A program made the position numbers and the translations under genes. From Bryobacterales bacterium (GTDB lineage Bacteria > Acidobacteriota > Terriglobia > Bryobacterales > Bryobacteraceae): a stretch of 64,000 bases of DNA. This document shows, in pieces, positions 20,125-30,403 of the stretch (position 1 is the stretch's first letter; every line of letters starts with the position of its first letter). The stretch spans positions 33,688 to 97,687 of the forward strand of contig CAWCJO010000023.1 in the NCBI GenBank assembly GCA_963795935.1, read 5' to 3'. Below the pieces are notes generated by a model, which was not told the origin of the DNA, made no database searches, and worked only from the letters and a program-made list of their open reading frames with translations.

Positions 20125-21687
20125 TTACAAGTGGCGCGAATAGCAAATTGAAAAAATCAATCGGCTGGCAAGACTTTTCTTATATCTACGCGGGAAGCGC
20201 TCTCGAATCGCGCTTCCAGGGCGCGACATCGGCGGTGCGCACATACCAGGTGAGCATACGCGATTCCAGTTCGCGCTGCGGCTCTCATATGAGCTTTGAC
20301 CGAATAAGTTATTCAGTTCGCGCGGATCGCGAGTAATGTCGTAAAGCTCGTTTTGGCCGTCGGGACGCAGAATGAGCTTCCAGTCCAGGGTCCTGATCAT
20401 GGTACTTCGCGTGACGGTTTGAGGCCGTTGATTTTGGAGCTTGACTTTCGGATAGTAGATATTCGACGGAGTACTGAAATCCTGGAAAGGTTCGAAGCAC
20501 TGCGGCTCATAAGTGTTGTAGCCGCCTTCGCAGTACGCGGCGCGGTCCGTATTGCCGGGTTTGCCGAGGAGCTGAGGAACGAGACTCGAGGCGAAGTGCG
20601 TATGGCGCGGCGGGATTCCGCATAATTCGAGACACGTGGGCATGACATCGAACAGCTCCACGATTTCCTTTGAGACGTGTCCGCGGGCGTGGCCGGGCAC
20701 TCGCGCGAGGAGCGGGACGCGCGTCAGAGGGTCCTCCATGGCATTGGGCCATTTCTCGACCAGACCGAAATCGCCGCCCCAATCGCCGTGGTCGGCGAAG
20801 ATAAACAGGGCGGTATCGCCGGCATGTCCGCCGCGGTCGATGGCTGCCAGCAGTTCACCAAGTAGCCAGTCGCTATAGCTGACCATCCCGAGATAAACGG
20901 CATTGATTTTGCGGAAGTCAGTATCCGTGAGGCGGTCGAGACGGCGCGTTTCACGTATGGCCTGATGGAAATTGGGCCTGCGGGGAAGGCCGGGCGGGCG
21001 CAACGGGGGCACGTCCGCGGGGCGATACATGTCGTGAAAATCGGCGGGCGCGGCGTAAGGAGGGTGGGGAAAAGTCAGCGGAAGATAGATGCAGAAAGGC
21101 TTTTGAGAGGGGCGCTCCAGGATGCGGATGGCGGCTTGCACATTGGCGTAATCCTTTGTCGAGCGGCGATCGCCGAGCTGGCCGTAAAGGAAGGAATAGA
21201 AGCGGGGATCGTTTTGCGGCCAGGGATTGCGCGGGACCGGACCCGTGCCCGGCAGCGATGCCCACGCGGTAACGCTCAGCGGAAAAGCATCGGGCGATAA
21301 CAGGTCGTTTTTGCCGTACCAGTAGACGTCGTAACCGCCGTCTTTGAGGTAGCGGAGCAGGTTCGGCTCGTCGGGATGCAGAGCGTAATAGAGGCTGCGA
21401 TGTCCGCGGACATGCACGGGCCAACCGGTCATCAAGCTACAGCGGGAAGGGGCGCAAACGGTGTTCTGAACGTGGCATTGGTCGAAGCGAACGCCCGCGG
21501 CGGCGACGCGATCGAAGTTGGGCGTCTTGGCGAGGGGATGGCCGTAGCAGGCGAGGCTTTCGGCGCGCAGCTCGTCGGGCATGAAGAAGACGATGTTCGG
21601 CCGCGCGGCTTTTTCCTGCGCAAGCGCGGGCGGAGCGGCGGCGGCGGCGCTGGCGAGAAATTCCCGGCGGCTGAATGAGTCGGACAT
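20125..21687 (-). CDS. Sulfatase (Tat signal SRREFLASAAAAA) with an apparent -1 frameshift near 20330 that replaces the C-terminus
   Basis: The CAPSRCSLMTG motif is the sulfatase C-x-P-x-R FGly signature. Metal-binding motifs are present. An alternative frame near the 3' end reads PQRELESRMLTWYVRTADVAPWKRD, a typical sulfatase C-terminus, ending at ~20186. Confidence 0.7.
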   Translation of the reverse strand: MSDSFSRREFLASAAAAAPPALAQEKAARPNIVFFMPDELRAESLACYGHPLAKTPNFDRVAAAGVRFDQCHVQNTVCAPSRCSLMTGWPVHVRGHRSLYYALHPDEPNLLRYLKDGGYDVYWYGKNDLLSPDAFPLSVTAWASLPGTGPVPRNPWPQNDPRFYSFLYGQLGDRRSTKDYANVQAAIRILERPSQKPFCIYLPLTFPHPPYAAPADFHDMYRPADVPPLRPPGLPRRPNFHQAIRETRRLDRLTDTDFRKINAVYLGMVSYSDWLLGELLAAIDRGGHAGDTALFIFADHGDWGGDFGLVEKWPNAMEDPLTRVPLLARVPGHARGHVSKEIVELFDVMPTCLELCGIPPRHTHFASSLVPQLLGKPGNTDRAAYCEGGYNTYEPQCFEPFQDFSTPSNIYYPKVKLQNQRPQTVTRSTMIRTLDWKLILRPDGQNELYDITRDPRELNNLFGQSSYESRSANWNRVCSPGMCAPPMSRPGSAIRERFPRRYKKSLASRLIFSICYSRHL

Positions 21688-21720
21688 TTTTTCCAGTGTA
21701 CGCGGTAGAATCCAGGTGTT

Positions 21721-23286
21721 GTGACCAGGAGAGATTTTGTTCGCGCCAATGCTGCGGGGGCACTGGCGGCCACTCAGGCTTCGGCGGGAGCGGCGACGCA
21801 GGCTGGATCCGGAGCGGTAGCGGGCGCGGGAAAACAGCCCAACATACTGCTGATCATGGCGGATCAATTGACGCCTTTCATGACCAGCGTGTATGGACAG
21901 AAGGCCGCGCGCACTCCTAATTTGGATCGTTTGGCGAAGGGCGGGACGGTTTTTGACAATGCCTATTGCAACAGCCCGCTATGCGTGCCGAGCCGCACGT
22001 CGCTGTTTACGGGAACGCTGCCGGCCAAAATCGAGGCATGGGACAACGCCGCCGAATTCGCGGCGCACCGCCCGACCTTCGTGCATTATTTGCGGCGCGC
22101 GGGCTACCGCACGGTGGTATCGGGGAAAACGCATTTCATCGGACCCGATCAGATGCACGGCTTCGACGAGCGGTTGACGCCGTGCATTTTCCCGGCGGGT
22201 TTTGCGATGCTGCCGGACTGGCGATTGGGCGCGCGGCTCAATAATGGAACGTCGATGCAGAGCATGCTGCGCATGCTCGGGCCTTCCACGTGGACGAAGC
22301 AGCTCGGATACGACGAAGAGGCGTTTCAGCGTTCCATGGCGCGGCTGCGGGCTTACGCGACCGGGAAACGGGAGCAGCCGCTATTTCTAAATGTTTCGTT
22401 CACGCAGCCTCACGACCCTTTCACCACCACGAAGGAATTTTTGGATCTGTATCGCGCCGAGGACATGCCGCTGCCGCGGGATGACGGCGACATCAAGAAG
22501 CTGAGTCCTACGTATGAGTGGTTCGAAATTTTTCATGGCACAAATTTGGAACGGCTGCCGCCTGAAAAGATCCGCGAGGGGCGGCGCAACTATCTCGGCA
22601 TGATCTCCTGGGTAGACAACCGCGTTGGCCAGTTGATGGACGAGCTGGACCGTTTAAGGATGACGAACGACACGGTGGTAATTTTCACGAGCGATCACGG
22701 CGAGATGTGCGGCGAGCACGGGCAGTGGTCGAAGCGCTTGATGCTGGAATGGTCGGCGCGCATTCCACTGATTGTCAGCGCTCCCGGCCGATTTGCGGCG
22801 GGACGGCGTAATACGGCGCTGGTGTCGCTGGTGGATCTGTTCCCGACGCTGACGGATTTGGCGGGAGCGAAGCTCGAAACTCCGCTGGACGGCCGGAGCT
22901 GGATACCGCTGCTGAACGGAAGCGAAGACGGGCGGGAGCGCGAGGTGGTGGCGGAATATTTAGGCGAGGGGGCGCTCGAGCCCATTCGCATGTTGCGCTC
23001 CGGGCAGCGCAAAATTATCGTGACCAACGGCTACGGACCGCAGCTATTCGATCTGGAGCGCGATCCGGGGGAGACGGTGAATCTTTCGGGTGAGCGCGAT
23101 TACGCTGCGGTTGAAAAGAAACTGCTTGCGAAGGTGGAACAGAATTGGGACGGTCCGGGTCTGAAGCGGGCCGTTATGGGCAGCCAACAAGAGCGGCTGC
23201 TGATTCGATCGAGCGATCAACACGGCACGCCGGTGCATTGGGATTACGAGCCTAGCGAGCCGGGGCCTTATCGCGAACCCAAGTAA
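21721..23286 (+). CDS. Sulfatase (choline-sulfatase-like) with a Tat signal
   Basis: MTRRDFVRANAAG Tat motif, CVPSRTSLFTG FGly motif and a SDHGEM region. Intact 521 aa. Confidence 0.8.
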   Translation: MTRRDFVRANAAGALAATQASAGAATQAGSGAVAGAGKQPNILLIMADQLTPFMTSVYGQKAARTPNLDRLAKGGTVFDNAYCNSPLCVPSRTSLFTGTLPAKIEAWDNAAEFAAHRPTFVHYLRRAGYRTVVSGKTHFIGPDQMHGFDERLTPCIFPAGFAMLPDWRLGARLNNGTSMQSMLRMLGPSTWTKQLGYDEEAFQRSMARLRAYATGKREQPLFLNVSFTQPHDPFTTTKEFLDLYRAEDMPLPRDDGDIKKLSPTYEWFEIFHGTNLERLPPEKIREGRRNYLGMISWVDNRVGQLMDELDRLRMTNDTVVIFTSDHGEMCGEHGQWSKRLMLEWSARIPLIVSAPGRFAAGRRNTALVSLVDLFPTLTDLAGAKLETPLDGRSWIPLLNGSEDGREREVVAEYLGEGALEPIRMLRSGQRKIIVTNGYGPQLFDLERDPGETVNLSGERDYAAVEKKLLAKVEQNWDGPGLKRAVMGSQQERLLIRSSDQHGTPVHWDYEPSEPGPYREPK

Positions 23287-23295
23287 TCGCGTTCT

Positions 23296-24159
23296 CAGCC
23301 CGCAGCGAGGCTCGCTTCGTAGAGCGCGCGGACTTCCTGGAGCGTGCGCATGGGATCTTTGGAGGGGTTGTATTCCATGGCGACGAATCCGTTAAAGCCG
23401 GACCCTTGAATGGCCTTGAAGACGTTGGCGTAATTGATCTCGCCGGTACCGGGCTCGTGGCGTCCGGGCACGTCGCCGACGTGAAAATGATCGATGGCGC
23501 CGATGTTGCGGCGGATCGGTATCGATCAGGTTTCCGTCCATGATCTGCACATGGTAGATGTCGAAAAGGATTTTGACGAACGGACTGTCGACTTCACGCA
23601 TGATCTCGAACGCTTCGGCCGTGTGATCGAGAAAATAGCCCTTGTGATCGACAAGCGTGTTGAGCGGCTCGACGATGAGCGTGACGTTGTGAGGGGCGAC
23701 GATGTCGTGTGCGGCTTGAAGCCCGGCGACGATGCTTTTATGTTGCGCCTCGCGGCTCATTCCAGGGACGGCATTGCCGGTGAGCGTGACCATGCGATGG
23801 GTCTCGAAGCGCTTGGCGGCTTCAAGTGACGCGCGGATTTCGGCGAGGAATCCTTCGCGATCGCGGGGATCGCATAAGCCCATGCCCTTGGGGTTCACGC
23901 CGCGATTTCCGACAATGCAGGCGCACTCGAGGCCCAATTTATTTTTGAGCGGCGTGATGACGGCGGGATCGGCGGCGCGCCAATTGCCGAACTCGAAGCC
24001 GTGATAACGCGCTTCGGCCACTTTCGCCATTTGTGCGGGAAGGGCGAGGCCTTTGAAGAGCGGCTCCACGCGAACGGACAGCTTGTATGAGGGTGGCTGC
24101 GATTGGGCATTGGCCAGCGGGACGGCGGCGGCAATTTGGATCAGAGTTCGACGCAGCAT
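23296..24159 (-). CDS. Xylose-isomerase-like TIM-barrel protein (hydroxypyruvate isomerase / sugar-phosphate epimerase family) with a frameshift near 23515
   Basis: TIM-barrel motifs (GFEFGNW, ...EPLN..). After the frameshift an alternative frame reads IRRNIGAIDHFHVGDVPGRHEPGTGEINYANVFKAIQGSGFNGFVAMEYNP..., the canonical C-terminus of this family. The ORF-finder frame instead gives an R-rich junk tail. Confidence 0.65.
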
Positions 24160-24233
24160 TGTTTTTCCATTATCCGGCGCCTTGAATGATGATATGATTT
24201 CCCTTTTGCGTTCAGGACCGGCGAGGAGAGCCT

Positions 24234-27200
24234 ATGCGAGCTATCTTGATCGGGGTCGTGTGCGCCGCGGCGATGTGGGCGCAAGTAGACACGGGCGCTG
24301 TTTCGGGCGTGGTCACGGACCGGACCGGGTCGGTTGTGCCAGGGGCGACGGTTCAAATCGTTCAGAAGGAAACGAATTTTCAAACCACCCTGCAGACCAA
24401 TGAGTCGGGATTTTATTCGGCTCCGTCGCTGCAGCCGGGGCAGTATCAGATCACGGTTACGAAAGAAGGCTTCCGGCCTCAAAAAAGTCAGGTATTCGAG
24501 GTTCGGGTACAGGATCGCGCGGAGCTGAATTTTCAGCTCGAAGTGGGCGCGACGACGTCAGAGGTGACGGTATCGGCCGCGGCGCCGCTGCTGGAATCGG
24601 AGACTTCGAATCTGGGGCAGGTGATCGAAGAGAAGACGGTCACCGATTTGCCGCTGAACGGACGCAGCTTCATACAACTGGCGACGCTGACGGCCGGAAC
24701 GCTGCCTTCGACGCGGACGCCGGAGCGCGACAATTTTATCTCGAATGGCGCGCGGGCGGTGCAAAACAGTTACCTGCTGGATGGTATCGACAACAAGAAC
24801 CGCATCCTGGGATTCGACAAGAGCTCGGCGCAGATCGTGCAGCCCATCGTGGATGCGATCGAGGAGTTCAAGGTACAGACATCGACGTTTTCGGCGGAGT
24901 TCGGGCAGGCGGCGGGCGGCGTGGTGAACGTGACGCTACAGATCGGGAACGAACAGCTTCCATGGCGATCTGTTCGAGTTTCTGCGCAACTCCGACCTGG
25001 ACGCGACGCCGTATTTCCAACCGGCGGGGGGCAAGCCGCTGTTTATCCAGAACCAATTTGGAGCGACGTTTGGCGGGCCGATCGTCAGGAATAAAACATT
25101 TTTCTTCGGGAGTTGGCAGAGCTCGCGAGAGGAAAATGCCGCTCCGCAGATCGCTTCCGTGCCGACGGCGGCGGAGCAGCAGGGCGTCTTCCCGTCCAAG
25201 ATCACGGACCCCGCGACGGGCGCGGCGTTCCCCGGCAACACCATTCCGATGAGCCGCTGGGATCCGGTTGCCGCGGCGCTGGTGGCTTTATATCCGGCGC
25301 CCAACCAGCCGGGCATTGTGAATAACTTTTATTACAACCCGAAGGAACGCGTCAGCAGCGACACTTATAATCTACGGCTCGATCATCATTTCAACTCGAA
25401 GGATTACCTGTTCGGGCGAATCTCGCAGGGCTGGGGAGAAAATTTTCTTCCCACGCTGTTGCCGCAACCGGCGAATCAACAGGGCTTCACGGATCTGACG
25501 CAGCGGCAAATCATGGTGAGCGAAACGCATACGCTGAGCGCGAACAAGCTGAACGAATTCCGGTTGGGTTTCACATACACGCTGAACAATCAGGACGTTC
25601 TGGGGCCGCGGCTGTTTTCGCAATTTGGGATCAAGGGCGCGCTCGACGAGCCGAGGATCAAGGGCTTGCCCGTGTTCACCATCACGGGCTTTTCCGGTTT
25701 GGGCACGCAAAACCCGGGCAACACGCCGATTCCGGCGTCGGGTAGCGGCAACTTTCCGGCCGAGAAATCGGGGAAACTGTGGCAGCTTCTGGATAATTTT
25801 TCCTGGATACACGACCGGCACTCGATCAAGTTCGGCGTCGATCTGGAGCGCGTCACGATTTTCGCGTATGCGACCAACAGCGCGCGGCCGACTTATACGT
25901 TCAACGGAACGTACACTGGTTCCCCTCTGGCCGATTTTCTGTTGGGATATGTTTACAGCGCGTCCACTTCGGAGCAGCAACTCGATACCCTGCAGCAGTA
26001 CGTTTACAACGGCTACGTGCAGGACGACTGGAAAGCGACGAGCAGGTTGACGCTCAACATCGGGTTGAGATATGAGCTGCCGACGCCATTCGTCGAAGCG
26101 CACGATCGCCAATCGAATTTCGTGCTGGACCAGGGGCCATGCTATTTGCAGCTCATCACGGTCGCTCAGGACGGGCAGTGCGGCATAGGACGAGCGTTGA
26201 CGCGGACGGATTACAACAACTTCGCGCCGCGAGTGGGGCTGGCGTATCAGGCGACGGGGAAGACGGTAGTCCGCAGCGGCTTCGGCGTTTTTTATGGGCG
26301 CGATGAAGACCTCGGAATTCAGCGGCGGTTGCCCAATAACCCGCCGTTCGTGACCAGCTCTTCGTTCACGGGGAGCCAGACTACGCCCACGTTCCTGCTG
26401 CAGAACGGATTCCCCTCGGATGCATTATCTCTGGCGAGCCCGAGCGCCACCGTGAACAGCTATCCGTTTAATTTCCCGGTCCCGTATGTGATTCAGTGGA
26501 ACTTAAACGTGGAACGGCAGCTGGGTGGGAACTTTGTCGCGCAAGTGGGCTACACGGGTTCGGAAGCGCACAAGTTGCCGGAGGTGGTCAACGTCAATCA
26601 GGCGTATCCGGGCACGGGAAACGTGAATGCGCGGCGTCCGTACCAGGGCATTGGCGATATTTTCTTCTATGGACCGCTGGACAATTCCACGTACAATGCG
26701 TTGATCGCGAAACTGGAGCGGCGCTTTTCGAAAGGCCTGAGCCTGCTCGCGTCGTACACGTATGGGCACTCCATTGACGGCGGCGGCAATCAGAACGACA
26801 GTAACGATCCGGGTCCGCAGAATCCGCGCGATTTGCAGGCACAGAAAGGCTCGTCGAATTTCGACGTGCGGCATCGTTTCGTGGTGAGCGGATTCTATCA
26901 ACTTCCGTTCGGGAAATCGGGCGGCTTCTTCTCGCCTCTGGTTAAGAACTGGCAGCTATCCGGAATCTTTTCGGCTCAAACCGGGCAGCCGCTGACGATT
27001 ACGCTGAGCACGGATCCGACGGGAACGGGCACGACGGCGCGGCCGAACCGGATCAGCGATGGCAATCTTCCAGCAGATGAACGGACGCCCACGCATTGGT
27101 TCGATACGGCGGCATTCGTCAACCCGGGTTGCGTGTGCTATGGGAATTCGGGCCGCGATATTATCAGGGCGCCCGGTTTCGTGGATCTCGACCTGGGAGT

Positions 27201-27384
27201 GCTGCGCGATTTTCTGATTGGGGAGCGGTTCCGTTTGCAGTTCCGGGCGGAATCGTTCAATTTGATGAACCATCCTAATTTTGGATTGCCGAACATGGTG
27301 ATTGGAAATCCCATGGCAGGCATCATCACGTCGGTGGTCAACCCGGAGCGTCAAAATCAGCTTGCATTGAAATTATATTTCTAG
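24234..27384 (+). CDS. TonB-dependent receptor (Acidobacteria type) with a +1 frameshift at ~24960
   Basis: Signal peptide plus CarboxypepD_reg motifs (GVVTDRTGSVVPGATVQIV...YQITVTKEGF), plug (VTDLPLNGRSF), and a barrel with terminal LALKLYF. Removing one C in cttccatgg restores ...NVTLQIGNEQLHGDLFEFLRNSDLDATPYF... across the two ORFs. Confidence 0.8.
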
Positions 27385-27400
27385 GCGGTTCTAAACACAT

Positions 27401-30388
27401 ATGGCATTCACGCGTTCACTGTTTGTAATCGCATTGACGGCCTCGGCGGCGATGGCCCAAGGTCCCGCGAGCGTTCGGATTCTGTTGGGCATTAGCGATA
27501 AGGTGGCGACGCCCTGGGACGGCTCGGTGGAAGTTGCAGGGAGCGGGACGGCGACGCTGGAGCCGTGGCGATTTGATGGCTCGGACACCATCTCGGGCAC
27601 GACGTGGAAGGCGAGCACGCACCAGGTGCGGCTGTTCAGTCAAGGAAGGCAGGTGAACGGAACGCCCATCCTGGACGTGGTGGCGAACGGCGTGGTCGTG
27701 AATGTGCCGCAGGCTTCCGGCGATACGGCGCTTCGCGTTAAAACGGCGCAGGGCAACTTCGACGTGAAGCTGAGCGAGATTCCGTATGGAACGAGCGTTT
27801 TGAAATTGAATGGGCGGGTGTTTGTGGATCGCGTGCCGGCGGCGCAACGTCTGACCGAGACTCCGGATGAAGAGGATTTTCCCGCGGCGACGACGGCAAA
27901 GAATGGCGATATCTGGATCGCGTACGTGGTGTTCCGCCATAATCCGAACCACGACGCGCTGGCGGCTCCAAGAACGACGCCGGTGACGGATTTTGCGGGT
28001 TTGAAAGCGCCGACGGGAGGAGATCGGATCATGGCGCGGCGCTATGCGAACGGGCATTGGGACGATCCGGTGGCGATGACGGATGGGGGCGGAGACCTGT
28101 ACCGCTGCTCGGTCGCGGTGGATGGACGAGGGCGTCCGTGGGTTTTCTGGTCCGCGAATGTCTCCACCGGTACTAGGGCCAACTTCGATATTTTCGGACG
28201 CGCGATCGAAAACGGAAGAGCGGGAAGACAGGTGCAGCTTTCGCGCGAGCCCGGATCGGATGTGGACGCCGTTGCGGCGACGGATTCGAATGGGGCGGTG
28301 TGGGTCGCCTGGCAGGGTTGGAGAAACGGGCGCGCGGGGATCTTCGCCGCGGTGCAGAACGGCGATGGATTTGCGGCGCCGGCGGCGGTTTCGAAGTCCT
28401 CGGGGAATGAATGGAATCCCGCGATTGCGGCCGCGAAGGGAGGACGCGTGACGGTTGCGTGGGACTCCTACCGCGCGGGGAATTACGACGTTTACGCGCG
28501 AACGGCCTCGGGCGCAAACAACTGGGGCGCGGAAACGCCGCTGGCGGCGACGGCGCGGTACGAGGCGTATCCATCGATCGCCTATGACGATTCGGGCCGG
28601 CTGTGGGTGGCGTATGAAGAGGGCGGCAAGGGGTGGGGCAAAGATTTCGGCGCTTATCGCACGGGCGGCGTGTCGGTCTATCAAGGGCGCGTGATTCGGA
28701 TTCGCGGATTCGAGCCGAATGGGCGCGCGGTGCAACTTCCGAGCGATGTCGCGACGGTGCTGCCGGGGATTCCGACGCTGAAGGCGGAGACCAATGGCAT
28801 GCCCAGCGGAAGCGACGGTCTGGATCCAGATCCCGCGGGGGCCAAGGATCGCGTTCCGGGGCGGCCGGTGCTGAATCAGCTCAACCCCAAGAACAGCCTG
28901 CCGCGGTTGCTGATCGACGGGTCGGGGCGGATGTGGCTGGCGTTCCGCAGCTACCATCCCATCTGGTGGAATCCGATCGGCACGGTGTGGACGGAATTCG
29001 TGGTTTCGTTCGACGGCGCGAGCTGGACGGGGCCGGTGTTTCTGCCGCACAGCGGAAACCTGCTGGACAACCGCCCGGCGCTGGCATCGGCGAGTGGGGG
29101 GGATTTGATGGTGGTCGGTTCGTCCGATGGGCGGCGCGATTACCTGTTAGGCGAGCAGCGCGGCGGAGGATACGGCGGCTTGGGAACGCCGCTGCGCGAT
29201 CCGTACAATAACGATCTGTTCGCGAATGAGATCGCGCTGGGGGCGGGGCGCGGATTGGAAAGGGTTGTGACGGCGGCGGCGCCGCGGGCGGGCGAGGCGC
29301 CGCCGGGGGCGGCTCAGGAAGCGGCCGCCATCCAACGCGTGCGCGAATATCGAATGCCTTCAACTGGAATGCGAATCGTGCGCGGGGAGTTCCACCGGCA
29401 CAGCGAGCTATCGCACGACGGCGGGTATGATGGCACGCTGTTCGACCAATGGCGCTACATTTTAGACTCCGCATCGCTCGACTGGGTGGGATGCTGCGAC
29501 CACGACAACGGCGGCGGCCGCGAGTACACGTGGTGGCTGGCGCAGAAGCTGACGGACATTTATTACGCGCCCGGGCAATTCGTGCCCATGTTCAGTTATG
29601 AACGGAGCGTTGCGTATCCGGAGGGGCATCGCAACGTGATTTTCGTTCAACGCGGCATCCGGACATTGCCACGTTTGCCGAAGATGGCGCCGGATACGCC
29701 GGGGCACGCTCCGGACACGCAGATGCTGTACGCGTATCTGAGATTTTTCAACGGCGTTGTGGGCTCCCACACGAGTGGAACCAACATGGGGACGGATTGG
29801 CGCGACAACGATCCGAATCTGGAGCCGGTAGTGGAGATTTATCAAGGCGACCGGCAGAGCTACGAAATGCCGGACGCGCCGCGATCGAGCTCGGCCGATG
29901 ACGCGATTGGGGGATGGCGTCCCAAGGGTTTCGTCAATCTGGCGCTTGCGAAGGGCTACCGGCTGGGCTTTCAAGCCAGCTCCGATCACGTCTCCACGCA
30001 TTTGAGCTACTGTAATATCTTCGTGAAAGACGCCACGCGCGAATCCGTTTTCGACGGGTTGAAGAAGCGGCACGTTTACGGCGCGACCGACAACATTCTG
30101 GCCGACGTTCGCAGCGGCGATCACATGATGGGCGACGTTTTTTCGACGGCGTCGCCGCCGGCGTTACAGGTGAGCCTGACCGGCACTTCGAACTTCTCGA
30201 AAGTGTACGTCGTGAAAGACAACAACTACGTCTATTCGGTCAATCCCAATTCACCGACAGTGTCTTTCTCGTGGATCGATAACGCCGCCGAGCCATCGAA
30301 GACCAGCTACTACTACGTTCGCGGCGAGCAGGACAACGGCGAGATCGTGTGGGTTTCGCCGATGTGGATCACATACACCGGAAAGTAA
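27401..30388 (+). CDS. Large secreted protein, paralog A (995 aa): N-terminal beta-propeller with repeated W-x-A/F-W motifs plus a C-terminal PHP-like metal-dependent phosphoesterase domain (possibly DUF3604-type)
   Basis: Signal peptide. Repeated blades (WVFWSAN, WVAWQGWRNG, VTVAWDSYRAGNYDVYAR, WVAYEEGG, WLAFRSY). The C-terminal domain carries GEFHRHSELSHDGGYDG...CCDHDNGG...SDHVSTH, i.e. a PHP-style HxH...D...H metal-ligand pattern. It starts 17 bp after the TonB receptor stop. Confidence 0.6.
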   Translation: MAFTRSLFVIALTASAAMAQGPASVRILLGISDKVATPWDGSVEVAGSGTATLEPWRFDGSDTISGTTWKASTHQVRLFSQGRQVNGTPILDVVANGVVVNVPQASGDTALRVKTAQGNFDVKLSEIPYGTSVLKLNGRVFVDRVPAAQRLTETPDEEDFPAATTAKNGDIWIAYVVFRHNPNHDALAAPRTTPVTDFAGLKAPTGGDRIMARRYANGHWDDPVAMTDGGGDLYRCSVAVDGRGRPWVFWSANVSTGTRANFDIFGRAIENGRAGRQVQLSREPGSDVDAVAATDSNGAVWVAWQGWRNGRAGIFAAVQNGDGFAAPAAVSKSSGNEWNPAIAAAKGGRVTVAWDSYRAGNYDVYARTASGANNWGAETPLAATARYEAYPSIAYDDSGRLWVAYEEGGKGWGKDFGAYRTGGVSVYQGRVIRIRGFEPNGRAVQLPSDVATVLPGIPTLKAETNGMPSGSDGLDPDPAGAKDRVPGRPVLNQLNPKNSLPRLLIDGSGRMWLAFRSYHPIWWNPIGTVWTEFVVSFDGASWTGPVFLPHSGNLLDNRPALASASGGDLMVVGSSDGRRDYLLGEQRGGGYGGLGTPLRDPYNNDLFANEIALGAGRGLERVVTAAAPRAGEAPPGAAQEAAAIQRVREYRMPSTGMRIVRGEFHRHSELSHDGGYDGTLFDQWRYILDSASLDWVGCCDHDNGGGREYTWWLAQKLTDIYYAPGQFVPMFSYERSVAYPEGHRNVIFVQRGIRTLPRLPKMAPDTPGHAPDTQMLYAYLRFFNGVVGSHTSGTNMGTDWRDNDPNLEPVVEIYQGDRQSYEMPDAPRSSSADDAIGGWRPKGFVNLALAKGYRLGFQASSDHVSTHLSYCNIFVKDATRESVFDGLKKRHVYGATDNILADVRSGDHMMGDVFSTASPPALQVSLTGTSNFSKVYVVKDNNYVYSVNPNSPTVSFSWIDNAAEPSKTSYYYVRGEQDNGEIVWVSPMWITYTGK

Positions 30389-30403
30389 AATCGTATTTCA
30401 TCG

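Noticed and set aside
24950-24970. Programmed ribosomal frameshifting at the TonB receptor, ATPase or hflK sites
   Set aside because: There are no slippery heptamers (X XXY YYZ) or downstream pseudoknot-like structures at the shift points. The shifts sit in ordinary short G/C runs and occur in many unrelated genes, which fits mutation or sequencing error.
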